The translations under genes were made by a program, and so were the position numbers. Under the pieces are notes generated by a model that was not told the DNA's origin, made no database searches, and was given only the letters and a program-made list of their open reading frames with translations. Of a stretch of 64,000 nucleotides of DNA, positions 1 through 12,475 are shown in pieces; the first letter of the stretch is position 1, and every line of letters begins with the position of its first letter. Source of the DNA: Octopus vulgaris (taxonomy: Eukaryota); the NCBI GenBank assembly GCA_951406725.2, contig OX597815.1:135780001-135844000 (forward strand), read 5' to 3'.

Positions 1-190
1 CATCAATCCATCCATCCAACCAGCCATAAATACATTTCGAAATCCATCCACCTATCCATCCATCCATCCATCCATCTATCCATCCATCCATCCATCCATC
101 CATCCATCCATCCATCCATCCATCTATCCATCCATCCATCCATCCATCCATCCATCCATCCATCCATCCATCCATCCATCCATCCATCCA
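1..190. repeat. (ATCC)n tetranucleotide microsatellite
   Basis: Continuous catc/atcc repeats with few interruptions. Confidence 0.97.
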
Positions 191-657
191 GCCATACATA
201 CTTGTATGCATATTTTACTTTTGGTCGTGTCAGTCTCTTAAATAAAATATATGATTAAACATAGATATTAAATTTAATTAAATTAACCATTAATGATTTG
301 TAGGTACCTGGTACTTCGTTATGAAAACGTAATATACTGTGAAGCATATTAAATGCTTTTATAAGTCAATACCACGTCCTACAGCACCAGCAGTGCTTTT
401 TACATTATTTTGTTAAGGTTATTTCTACAGATATACTATAGAAATTAAAGCCGACACTGGTTTTTGCTATGATAGTTCGTATTCGAAATGTTAGATGTTT
501 GTTTGTATGTTTGTCTTTTTACATCTGACGTCTTTAGGAATGGTCTTCGCGTGGTTGAATCAGTATTTCCCATACTTTGGTGTACTGAATATGATAAAAG
601 ATCAATTTTGAAAAGATTATTCATTACATGGCACAATGCTAAAATAAGTAAATATAC

Positions 658-1557
<900 letters not shown>

Positions 1558-1562
1558 ACACT

Positions 1563-2490
1563 ATGCACCTGCAATGTGAGCTGGATGAAATATACAAGTG
1601 GGCTGAAAAGAATAGCAATGCTGAAAAGTTTCAAGCTTTGTGCTATCAGCATGCAAAACTAAATGCAATACCCAATAAATACACTGGACCTGGAGGGATT
1701 ACAATCCCAGAGGCACAGCCAGTGCGAGACCTGGGCATTTACATGAGTAATGATGCATCCTTTCATGTGCAGGTTGCTAAATTGGCAATGAAATGCAGGT
1801 GGTTGACCGGATAGATTCTTATATCTTTTAGATCAAGAGACCAGGAAACCATGATGGTCCTGTGGAGGACACTTGTCCTAAGCCACTTTGACTATTGCTC
1901 TCAGCTATGGTTACCAACCAGTGTCAAATTAATCTCAGAACTTGAGGTAATCCAACGAAGCTACACGAAGAAGATAGCCTCTATGCAGCATATAATCTAT
2001 TGGGAAAGACTCAAGAGATTAAGACTCTATGCCTTAGAGCGTAGGTGAGAAAAATATTCCATAATATACATCTGGAAGATCTTGGAAGTACTTCTCTCAA
2101 ACTTTGGCATCTAGAGTTACACAAATACTAGAACTGGGCGCCACTGCATAGTGTCAAGGACTCCAAATTTGCCATCAAGATGTAGGACAAGATACTGCAA
2201 TAGCCTGGGCTCCAGAGGTCCATAGCTCTTCAATACCTTCCCGAAGAACCTAAGAGACCTGCATAGAGTGGATGTAGGTATCTTCAAAATAATGCTCTTT
2301 CTGTCAATTGTCCCAGATGAACCAACCTCGCGGCAGGAGGTGCAGATCAGGGCAGCTGCATGAAACTCTCTCATGCCCCAAATGTCAATTCCTAAAAGGC
2401 ATTCGTGAAGTAAAATTATGTAGCAACACCGAATGGCGGTGCCTCAGCATGGTCACAACCCATGAGAGAAACTAGATAAAATAAAAAATA
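1563..2490 (+). mobile_element. 5'-truncated CR1/L2-group LINE: RT C-terminus plus 3' UTR, decayed
   Basis: Translations [55 protein letters not shown] with in-frame stops; 3' tail ggcggtgcctcagcatgg...gaaactagataaaa. Confidence 0.88.
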
Positions 2491-2662
2491 TATACCAAAT
2501 GCCGTAGCTAAAGGCATCGGGGCATTTTCATCAGTTATTTTTGAGGATAGATGCTATGAAGAAAAAACAAAAACAAAAAGTCGATGAAAATGCTCCGAAG
2601 CTTTTAGATTCGGCGTTTGAGATTCTGAGTTCTATTATGACAACATACCGATTGTTCCATAC

Positions 2663-2710
<48 letters not shown>

Positions 2711-2791
2711 GGGAATAAATTATTATTCCAAGCTTACAGATAAAATTCAGTATAATAATATTAGACCGAATTTCGTAATATATAATATATG

Positions 2792-3116
2792 TATATAACT
2801 AATTTAGAGACGAACCACCATTTCACAATTCAGTCAATGAAGAACCCGTCCAAAACCATGCTGTGAGACCATACAGAATACTAATCTAAAGTTTTAATAA
2901 TATATAATATTGAACAGTATGATTATTACAATCATATAATATATAAGAGCATATTTGCTCTTATATTATATGATTGTAATAATCTTACTGGTCAATATTA
3001 TATATTAGTAAATTTTTAGATTAGTATTTTGTATGGTATATGTCACACAGCATGGTTTTGGACGGTTCGTTCTTCATTGATTGATTTGTGAAATGGTGGT
3101 TCGTCTCTAAATTTGT

Positions 3117-3122
<6 letters not shown>
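2792..3122. repeat. Long fold-back palindrome (arms about 160 bp, 4-nt loop 2952-2955)
   Basis: aatttagagacgaaccaccatttcacaa...aagagca-tatt-tgctctt...ttgtgaaatggtggttcgtctctaaatt; the arms differ by scattered substitutions and one small indel. Confidence 0.95.
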
Positions 3123-3169
<47 letters not shown>

Positions 3170-3170
3170 T

Positions 3171-3698
3171 ACAAATTAGAGATAAAACCACTATTATGCA
3201 ATTCAAACAATAATAGACAAGAACCAAAATATAAATAACAAATAAAAAATATTTTTATAAAACATTTAACTAGATCACAAAAAGTATAAAAATGAATAAT
3301 CTATATATAATAAGTAAAAACCTACGTACGTTTCATGGCTATAATTTAATTCGAATTACAATTAAATTTAAATTTAATTGAAATGAATTCAATTTTATAG
3401 TCAATCTTCAGGTTAACAATAATAGTTAAATAAATAAGCAAATAGAGTTAAACAATATTTATTTAAAAAACAAATAAAATAATCTTTTTTCTTATAGAAG
3501 AAACTCCATTAACTAAATTTGAAACTTACAACATTAGGATCAGTTTCCTATAATTCATTTATTATGTCAAATATTTAAGGCAAAAAATAGAGTAAATAGA
3601 TAGAAAAATGTCTTTATCTGTGAAGATATAATTTAGCTTAAAAAAACATTAATAAACTAATATCTTTAACCTAGTTATACTCTAATATTTAATTACCA

Positions 3699-3701
<3 letters not shown>
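3171..3701 (-). mobile_element. Microsatellite-flanked non-coding element with hammerhead motif (probable PLE-derived, family H1)
   Basis: Terminus aaattagagataaaaccactatt is shared with 43888 and with the palindrome arms at 2801/3113; contains the HHR motif at 3317-3416. Confidence 0.65.
3317..3416 (-). ncRNA. Type I hammerhead ribozyme-like motif with long stem II
   Basis: Minus strand: aac-CTGAAGA-ttgactataa...ttatagccat-GAAAC-GTAC-GTA-ggttt; intact core, palindromic loop III, weak stem I. Confidence 0.7.
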
Positions 3702-3749
<48 letters not shown>

Positions 3750-3873
3750 TTATAAAATAAGGGCAAAAGAAAAATTCTAATTCCAAATATGCCGTAAAAA
3801 GACATAATTGTCAAAAACCATTATAATTTATGCGCCTCGAAACATGCCGATAGAAATTTCTAAAAAATTCCGT

Positions 3874-3939
3874 TATTACCGTATTGGTCCCAATTTCGGG
3901 GTTAATTCATAAGAAATTTCCACTCGTCAGCGATCAATA
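3874..3939 (-). ncRNA. Type I hammerhead ribozyme-like motif, canonical core
   Basis: Minus strand: tattgatcg-CTGACGA-gtgg...cccc-GAAA-TTG-ggac-CAA-TA-cggtaata; stems I and III pair, stem II imperfect. Lies in the 3746-3990 insert between two (TA)n tracts. Confidence 0.75.
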
Positions 3940-3989
3940 CGTAAGACACAAATGAAATACTTACTCATACCCATTTTATCCCACATTAG

Positions 3990-4060
<71 letters not shown>

Positions 4061-4063
<3 letters not shown>

Positions 4064-4351
4064 GCGCAATGGCCCAGTGGTTAGGGCAGCGGACTCGCGG
4101 TTCCGATTCCCAGACCGGGCGTTGTGTGTGTTTATTGAGCGAAAACACCTAAAAGCTCCACGAGGCTCCGGCAGGGGGTGGTGATCCCTACTGTACTCTT
4201 TCACCACAACTTTCTCTCACTCTTTCTTCTGTTGGCCTGCTCGCTTAGCCAGCGGGGTGGCGTCGTTCGAAGGCTAAAACAATGCGAACGCATTGTGACC
4301 AGCAATGTGTAGCAACATCTGATGGTCTGGTCGGTCACGTGATCACGTGAT
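4061..4351 (+). mobile_element. tRNA-derived SINE, family C
   Basis: A-box-like tggcccagtgg and B-box-like gttccgattcc; a homologous copy lies on the minus strand at 51880-52180; tail (cacgtgat)2. Confidence 0.85.
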
Positions 4352-4507
4352 ATATATATATATATATATATTGAGTAATCCTTCATATATATATATATAC
4401 ATACTTACATATATATATACACATAAATATATATAAATATATACATATATATATATTTATATATATATATATACATATATATGTACGTACATGCATATAT
4501 ACATATA

Positions 4508-5639
4508 CAGGGTGGGAAAGCTAAATTTACAATATTTTGAGGCAGGGATTGAAAGGCAGTGTATGACCAATTAGTTTATTGAAAGTCATGAAAATTTATT
4601 TGTCGCAAGTAAATTTACATAATAGCAAATGTTTTTATTCTATGTGTCCTTCTTTCTCAATAACTGCCTTCACACGCCTCCTGAAACTTGCACAAGTGTT
4701 CCTCAAATATTCGGGAGAAACTTCTCCCAATCTTCTTTAATAGTATCTTTAAGAGAGTCGACATAGCTGTGTGATGTTCTATTGGCAGCATGTTCTAAAA
4801 CGCCCCAAATAACATAATCCAGAGGGTTTAGATCTGGGCTAGAAGGCGGCCATAAACATGATTCAAAAAAATTGCTAAAGTTGCATTTGAAGAAATTTTG
4901 TATTTTTCTAGCTGTGTGGGCTGGAGCATCATCCTGTGTTCATACATAATTACCATCTGGGTAGTTTGCTTTAAGCCATGGCAATACCTGGTATCTCAGA
5001 GTCTTGTATTAAGTATTAATACTGATCTTTTCCTCAGCTTTGTAGAATTTTATAGGCATTTTCTTTCCATCGGAAGCCACAACACCAGAAACCATAACTT
5101 GAGTAGGATGTTTTGTTTTGAATGTCCCCTTAAATTCAGCTGTCGATTTTGCGATAAATCTGTCATTTCTGCGGTTCAGAACAGCATCGACAGTGAAAAT
5201 CTTTTCATCTAAAAAGATCGTTACAATGGAGAACTTTTTCTTGAAACATGTAATAATTTTCTTGCATCTTTCCAATCTCTTTTCCTTCATAGTTGTTGTC
5301 AACAAGTGTTTTGGTGTTCTTACGTAAGATTTTAACCTCAAATCATAGTTTACTGCATTTCTAATGGTCTTGCTGTCTACCTCAAGTTCAATTGCCAGTT
5401 TTCTCATGGATTTGGTTGGATCCTTTTGGATTTGGGATTTGAGAGCTTTAAGAAAAGCTTTGTTACGTTTTTTGTTGATTCCTCCACCTCCAGACTTCCT
5501 CGTATTAGTTTTGCTCATAGTCATTCTACCCTTTACATTATAAACAGTCTTTATGGACACTCCGACTTTTCTTGAAATCTCCTTTGGTGTGACGAGTGCA
5601 TTCAACAAAAACATACTGATTGTTCCATACTATATAATG

Positions 5640-5693
<54 letters not shown>

Positions 5694-5777
5694 TATGCTA
5701 GGTTTCAAAACAATTGACTTAGTGCTTGCTGAGAAAAAACAACTTAACGTTCATTGTAAATTTTGTTTCATCACCCC

Positions 5778-5778
<1 letters not shown>
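4508..5778 (-). mobile_element. Near full-length Tc1/mariner DD37D (maT) transposon, transposase disrupted
   Basis: TA-flanked imperfect TIRs cagggtgggaaagctaaatttacaat / cggggtgatgaaacaaaatttacaat. ORF 5614-5009 has an HTH region and FLDEKIFTVD. A downstream frame gives QD(37 aa)D ending WPPSSPDLNPLDY. Contains stops/frameshift and a (TAA)n insertion at 5632-5692. Confidence 0.92.
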
Positions 5779-5823
<45 letters not shown>

Positions 5824-5841
5824 GCACAGAGGCACACACAC

Positions 5842-5930
5842 ACACGTATGCACACACACACACACGTATGCACACACACACACGTATGCACACACACACA
5901 CGTATGCACACACACACACGTATGCATACA
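5842..5930. repeat. About 18-bp minisatellite (cacgtatgcacacacaca)n
   Basis: Four visible units of cacgtatg-(ca)n. Confidence 0.85.
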
Positions 5931-7012
5931 CACATATTATCAGTAAATCACAAGTCGACAAAAAAGATAGAAAGAAAATATCTATTAGAAGAAATTTATT
6001 GAATTGGTGCCATAAAGCTATTTAACGGTCCTTGTAATTTGTGAATAACCATTTACAAAGGTGTAGGAGAACTAGTCAAAATAAATAAATAAAAAATAAT
6101 GTCGTTAAGGTCCAGCATATTTATGTTCTTACTTCATGAAGGTGACTTATACCTTTGTAAAGTGGGCTTTATACTCGAAGTAATATGATCATTAAATAAT
6201 TTTCAACGTAACTCTTGAATATTTTCGTTCCTTTTTATTGTTATACAAACTTCTATCTGCATTATTGTTGCCTTCAAGCACACAGTTATACATACACACA
6301 CATACACATACATGCATAAATGCACTCGCACATTCCCTAGATCACACACACGCTGCTCTCTCTGTGTCTGTCTCTCTATCTCGCTCTCTCATACACATTA
6401 CAGTTGTCACCTGAAGGCAAGATTATATCGCTAAACCTTTCAACCTCAATTTGGTGAGGAAAGAAACAAGTTCTCCTAATCTAACTTTCGATGATAAATA
6501 TTTTGACTTCAATTTTATTCAGTTGTCTGTGGAATATTAGGTAATTTCCAATTGCCTTTCGTTGGATTTAGTTGTTACCCCACAACCCTTCAGGTCATCT
6601 ACAAAGTTAGCATGAGAAATGTTTTTGGATTCAAGCTATCCTTTTCCTGTAAGAGCTGTGTTTCTGTGAGCTGGTATGATGATATTTTTAATGAGAGAAT
6701 AAAAGCAGTACCTCTTACATCAGTCTTCAGAGTAATGTTTTGGTAATGCATGCTGTCAGATTTGATTAGTTTGCAATAAACTTTGATTAGGTGTTGAATC
6801 GTAGCTGGCATTAACTACCTAATTTAAGCTAATATGCTTTGATAATCCTCTCGTGGTGTGCTAACAAAGGTATTCTGGTATTCCACCTGCACTTCTGCCA
6901 TCTTCTTGCAGGTTTTTACTAATTTTTTGTGATATCCTTTTCTCGATTAGTAGCTGCTCGAAACAGCTTTATACTCACTTCTTCTTCACAGTTTGTTCAG
7001 TTGTAATAATAA

Positions 7013-7430
7013 AGCAGCGAACTGGCAGAAACGTTAGCACGCCGGGCGAAATGCTTAGCGGTATTTCGTCTGCCGTTACGTTGTGAGTTCAAATTCCGCG
7101 AGGTCGACTTTGCCTTTCATCCTTTCGGGGTCGATAAATTAAGTACCAGTTAAACACTGGGGTCGATGTAATCGACTTAATACCTATGTCTGTCTTTGTT
7201 TGTCCCCTCTGTGTTTAGCCCCTTTGTGGGTAATAAAGAAATAGGTATTTCATCTGCCGTTACGTTCTGAGTTCAAATTCCGCCGAGGTCGACTTTGCCT
7301 TTCATCCTTTCGGGGTCGATAAATTAAGTACCAGTTACGCACTGAGGTCGATGTAATCGACTTAATACCTATGTCTATCCCTGTTTGTCCCCTCTGTGTG
7401 TAGCCCCTTGTGGGCGAGTAAAGAAATAGG
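7013..7430 (+). mobile_element. SINE family A: full unit plus tandem head-less second unit
   Basis: gcgaactggcagaaacgttagc...gagttcaaattcc...gcctttcatcctttcggggtcgataaattaagtacc...aaagaaatagg; the body repeats from 7244. Confidence 0.9.
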
Positions 7431-7551
7431 CACAATGATGCTATGTGTATGTATAGATATACGTATGGCTATGTATGTATGTATGAATGTACATACATAT
7501 GTTTGTGTGTGTTTGTTGTGTGTGCGTCGTGTAGTCGTATGTATATATGTA

Positions 7552-7626
<75 letters not shown>

Positions 7627-7666
7627 TTACATATATATATATACACATAACTATATATATATATAT

Positions 7667-7823
7667 ACAAGAACGCGAGGAGGTGGAACAAATATAGTAT
7701 TATTGGACGCTCAGGAAGAAAGGGAAGAAGGAGGGTTTAACGTCTCGAGCGGAGATCTTCGTCAGAAACATAGGAAAAGGAAAGATCCAGAGAAGGGAAT
7801 AGGGAAAAAAAAAATCGCGGTCA
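7667..7823 (-). mobile_element. (TA)n-flanked short element with minimal hammerhead motif (family H2)
   Basis: Homologous to 33257-33447 (+). HHR at 7735-7769: gttt-CTGACGA-a-gatc-tcc-gctc-GAGA-cg-TT-aaac. Confidence 0.75.
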
Positions 7824-8032
7824 CATATATATATATATATACATGCAGATCGGTGTATTGGTGTTTTGATGCTGTTTGACTTGATGCCAAAATATTGTAG
7901 CTGTGATGATTTAGTCCTTTAAGGGTATGAAATTACATACATTAGATATATTAAATTCTGTACACAATAGAAAATGTTGTTATTCAATGTGTCCGCCTAT
8001 CTTTGGGGCTCAATAAAATCTCTTTCCTGTTT

Positions 8033-8195
8033 CCTGAAACTGTGCACAAGTGTTCCTCAAATATTCGGGAGAAACTTCTCCCATTCTTCTTTAATATTAT
8101 ATCTTTAAGAGAGTCGACTTAGCTGTGTGATGTTCTATTGGCAGCATGTTCTAAAACGCCCCAAATAGCATAATCCAGAGGGTTTAAATCTGGGC
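8033..8195 (-). mobile_element. Internal fragment of the maT transposase (matches about 4680-4840)
   Basis: Near-identical gcacaagtgttcctcaaatattcgggagaaacttctccc...cataatccagagggttt; no TIRs. Confidence 0.88.
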
Positions 8196-8633
8196 GAGTA
8201 AAGCAGAATATCGAAACTGATCATGAAAATACGGGATGCCAATATCCTCAGTTCATGGAATTTCCATGCAGAGTATCCTACACTACATTCCGTCTTTTAC
8301 TATAGATGTCTCCGATGTTTTACCTCAGACCAGTGTTTCTCAAATGCCTTTGTCGTCCTTCTGGTTCTCATTCTGATAAGGACTGGAGTGGAAATGACGC
8401 TATACTACCTCTGCTACCACCACCACCACCACCACCACCACAAAAACCACCACCACCACCACCAAACCAAACTACTACAACAACATATAATAATAATAAT
8501 GATGATGATGATGATGATAATCCCTTGGAAGAAAGCTGAAAACTTGTGGATACTTAAGGTTACAGGTAGTAACTCGCTACCCACATAAATACTACCAGGA
8601 TTAAGACCGAACCTGAGCTAAACTAAACTAATC

Positions 8634-8683
<50 letters not shown>

Positions 8684-8684
8684 T

Positions 8685-9058
8685 TTTTTACTATAGGCAC
8701 ACGGCTGAAATTTTGCGGGAGGGAGCTAGCTCGGCACCCTTAATTGTTTCAAATTTTTGGCAGAAATCCAGCAAGTTTGGAGGGGTAAGAATATTACAGT
8801 ACTCCCAGTGCTTAGGTGATAACTTATTTTATCGGTCCCGAAAGGATAAAAAGCAAAGCCGATGAAATTTGTACTCCTACGAAATGCTTAGCAGCATTTC
8901 GTCCCTCTTTAAGTTCTCTGTTCAAATGCCGTCGAGGTCGACTTTGCCTTTCATTCTTTCGGGGTCGATAAAATAATTACCAGATGAACACTGGGATCGA
9001 TGTAATCAACTTGCTCCCTCCTCCGAACTTGCTGGCCATTTTCAAAATTTGAAACCAA
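8685..9058. mobile_element. Decayed SINE family A fragments in both orientations
   Basis: Contains gaggtcgactttgcctttcattctttcggggtcgataaaa and the reverse-oriented cccgaaaggataaaaagcaaagcc. Confidence 0.7.
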
Positions 9059-9099
9059 TAGTACACCAAGTACTTCTATAGTATTTCCTCAGTTGATGG

Positions 9100-9780
9100 A
9101 GGATGTTTTATTCAACATACCGACAAAGACTACTAGCAATTGCTCTTTCGTGAGCGTAAGAAACGATTCTGTCTTTCAAGCCACAAAGATAAGTTATTCT
9201 TTTTGTCTCACTTTCCGATAACGGACGTAGGTATAGATCACTTTCCTTTGTTACACAGCTTTGCCAAGCAAACTCTTTCTCTGCCAAACAATTCATTACT
9301 AGGACTCACATGTTTAAAGCATTTCGGATGAAACGTTGGAACAACTTTCTCTGTTTGGCAATTCAGACAATCTATTCTTTTCTTCACGTGAAAGAACGTG
9401 TGTATGTTACTGTTGTTGCTGCTTCTGTTATCCTTAGACACTTAATCTTGTGACAAAAATTTCTTATTTTTCCGGTATGCGAAATATATGTGTTATATTG
9501 AAGATTCAAATACCATTTTGTTACTATCTATTAGAAGTAAAACATATCTGTTATAGTTAAAGACACTCCACAATTACCATTTTTTGAGTTCTTCTACGCT
9601 AACAAGTATGTATCTTTCAGACATGCAGTGGTCACTCAGTCGCAGCCATTCGGACTGTTTCACCTTCAGGAAAGTTTCCCTCCTCCGTGCTTCCGTTTAC
9701 GGAAGCTCTGCAAGAAAACTCAACGATACTATCCTTTCATCCTTGATAAAAATATCCTTTTAACCATTTTGTTTACGAAA
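9100..9780 (-). mobile_element. Possible highly decayed mariner remnant
   Basis: A minus-strand frame ends ...CGLKDRIVSYAHERAIASSLCRYVE*, resembling the mariner C-terminus (GDYVE*); no catalytic motif recognisable. Confidence 0.3.
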
Positions 9781-9938
9781 GGTAAAAAAAAAATTGCTTT
9801 TTAAAAATTTCCCCTCTAATGGATAAGAATTAATAGAAGTTCCCACCTCTCTTTATAGAAGTTCGGCATTAATAAATGTTTACCAATTATTTCACTGGGC
9901 AATAATCACAATATATATATATATATATAATACATACA

Positions 9939-9972
<34 letters not shown>

Positions 9973-9989
9973 CATACATACATACATAC

Positions 9990-10068
<79 letters not shown>

Positions 10069-11143
10069 GTGTGTGTGTGTGTATTTGTGTGTATATACCT
10101 CAACAGTTTTTTCATTTATAGTTGTGCCGTGTGCTGCAAGGCATAATTTAAATCTCAGGCAAGCTGAGATTGCAGCATTTTTCTCATCTCTCTGTTTTGC
10201 AAGCTTTGTGAAAACGTAGGCATTTGAAAGAAAAATAAGCATGCACATAACAATACCTCAGATCCTTCTCCTAGAATATTAATCTGAAATAGTGGTGAAT
10301 TAGAAAAAAGAAAATTGGATATTATGCATCAAGTGGCTCACGATGCAACTAGGTATCGCTGAATGATTAACAATTTCTTTTCGCAATCACATAAATTTTC
10401 GTTCGATTCCACTGTTTGTCATCTCGGCAACTATGCGGAAGATCGTCGTATGCACACAAAGAGAAAACGCAAGAACGCGAGGAGGTGGAACAAATATGTA
10501 AATGTCGGTGAGAAAAATAGAAATTCTTTTCAAACAAAGTCACTGGACGTATTTATTGTATAACATTTGACCGTCACTTCCTTGTCTCTCTCACCGCCAG
10601 AAATGCAGTGAGCCGGTGTTCGGCTATTTGAAAAACTTTACCCAACGATGTTCTTGATCACCACAAGCAATGTAAAATACGATAACAGTGTTATATTAGC
10701 GATTTCTATTAGGCAGGGCACCAATGGTCAATATTTCACGGAAAGATGGATACTATGATGTTTTAGAGTTGGTCTAACACATCACCCGAATTAACACTAC
10801 GGCCATCAGGAGCTGTGGAGCATTTAATGGAATCTGTTATATTTATATCATGTTAAGGGGCCAAGTAAAATCTCTTTCCTGGGTACGTTGTGTGCATATG
10901 TCAACATATTTCTGTCTGTTCGTACATACGTTTAAAATTCAAGGTTAATGAACATTGCTTCCATTTTCTTTAAACAATTTATTTTAAAAAAGAAATATGA
11001 GCGCGATGTAAGTGATGTTAACTTGTCGCTGTGGTCCACTTGCGCAAGTTAACATCGACCTCGTACTATATGATGCTGGCGCGAATAATGAACAGTATTG
11101 ATTACTAAAATCACAATATATATATATATAATAAATACATACA

Positions 11144-11262
<119 letters not shown>

Positions 11263-11436
11263 TTCTGTCTTGCGAGGACTCACCCTCCAAAGGTTTCAAC
11301 TGACCATACTGACCCTACCATCAACAAGTCTCGTAATTATTTCAGTGAATTCTGTATATTGAACAGCTGGCTACTGATTTTGATATAAAGAGACACTAAT
11401 ATACACAGCTTTACATGGCTATATAATTAACTGGCA

Positions 11437-11753
11437 ATCTGTTGGTTACGACGACAAGGATTCTAGTTGCTCCGATCAACGGAACAACTTGCACGTGGAA
11501 TTAACGCGTTTAATGGCTGAGTACTCCGCAGATTCGTGTACTCTTAATGTAGTGTCAGGAGGATTTAGCGTGATACAAAATGTGATAAGGCTGGCCCTTT
11601 GAAATACAGGTACTAATTATTTTTGGCAGCTAAGTGAACTGGAGTAACGTGAAATAAGTGTCTTGCTCAAAGACACAGCGCGCTACCAGTATTCGAACTC
11701 ACGACCTTACGACCGTGAGCCGAATACGCCTAACTACTAAACCACGCGCCTTC
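11437..11753 (-). mobile_element. tRNA-derived SINE, family D
   Basis: Reverse complement of gaaggcgcgtggtttagtagttagg...gagttcgaat; homologous to 26524-26853 and 52364-52677. Confidence 0.8.
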
Positions 11754-12475
11754 ACGAATACATTCACGGACATGGACGCAATCACTTACAAAACACATAC
11801 ACGCACTCGCGCACACACACACACACACACACTCACATTCACACACTGAAGCACATATGGACATATACTCTGCCCCGTTTCCCATCTTTCAATCTCGTTT
11901 ACAGCATTGGTCAACCCTAAGCTACATAATGAAAATACTGGATCAAGGGGCTGCGCAGTGGAGTTGAACCTAAAATCATATGGTTGAAAAAGCGAATTTC
12001 TATATCTGCGTACATCGTTGGGTGATTTTCAGTTGGCAATCACTACTGCATGGAGAGTTATAGGTCTTTCTCTCTCTCACACACACACGCACAGAGCATA
12101 TAATACTGATTTTTAATAAACCACGAGGTCACAAATATTGGTCGATTTAATGGATTTCCAATATTTGTCTCGTGCCTACTTTATCGACATCAGATCGAGT
12201 CAACGAAGAAACATCTATGTGGTCATTCGACCAGATAAATATCGCCGTCATTTGCTAACGAAGCCCTAGATATATCAAGTCTGAAAATAATATCTGGAGG
12301 TGACAGATGAGTCGGTTTTGATCATATGTCTACTTTGTCTGAGTTACCTGGAATTAAGCATTACTATCAGCAATAGCAAGAAAATCAATAACAACTCTAA
12401 CTTCGAATTAATGATAACGGAGCGTAATGGCATTCTATCCTGCGCATAACTAATTAAGCCATCGTCTAACCTGGC

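Noticed and set aside
304-487. Putative micro-exons GTWYFVMK(T) and YTIEIKADTGFCYDSSYSK (lipocalin-like GxW)
   Set aside because: Splice sites and phase are compatible, but the segments are too short and no further homology was seen; chance cannot be excluded.
2497-2534. Minus-strand CTGATGA followed by a 7-bp stem
   Set aside because: No GAAA/UH half; the hairpin matches the internal aaatgc...gcattt palindrome of SINE A.
6400-6990. Coding-looking stretch on the minus strand
   Set aside because: No recognisable motif; probably an old TE relic but unassignable.
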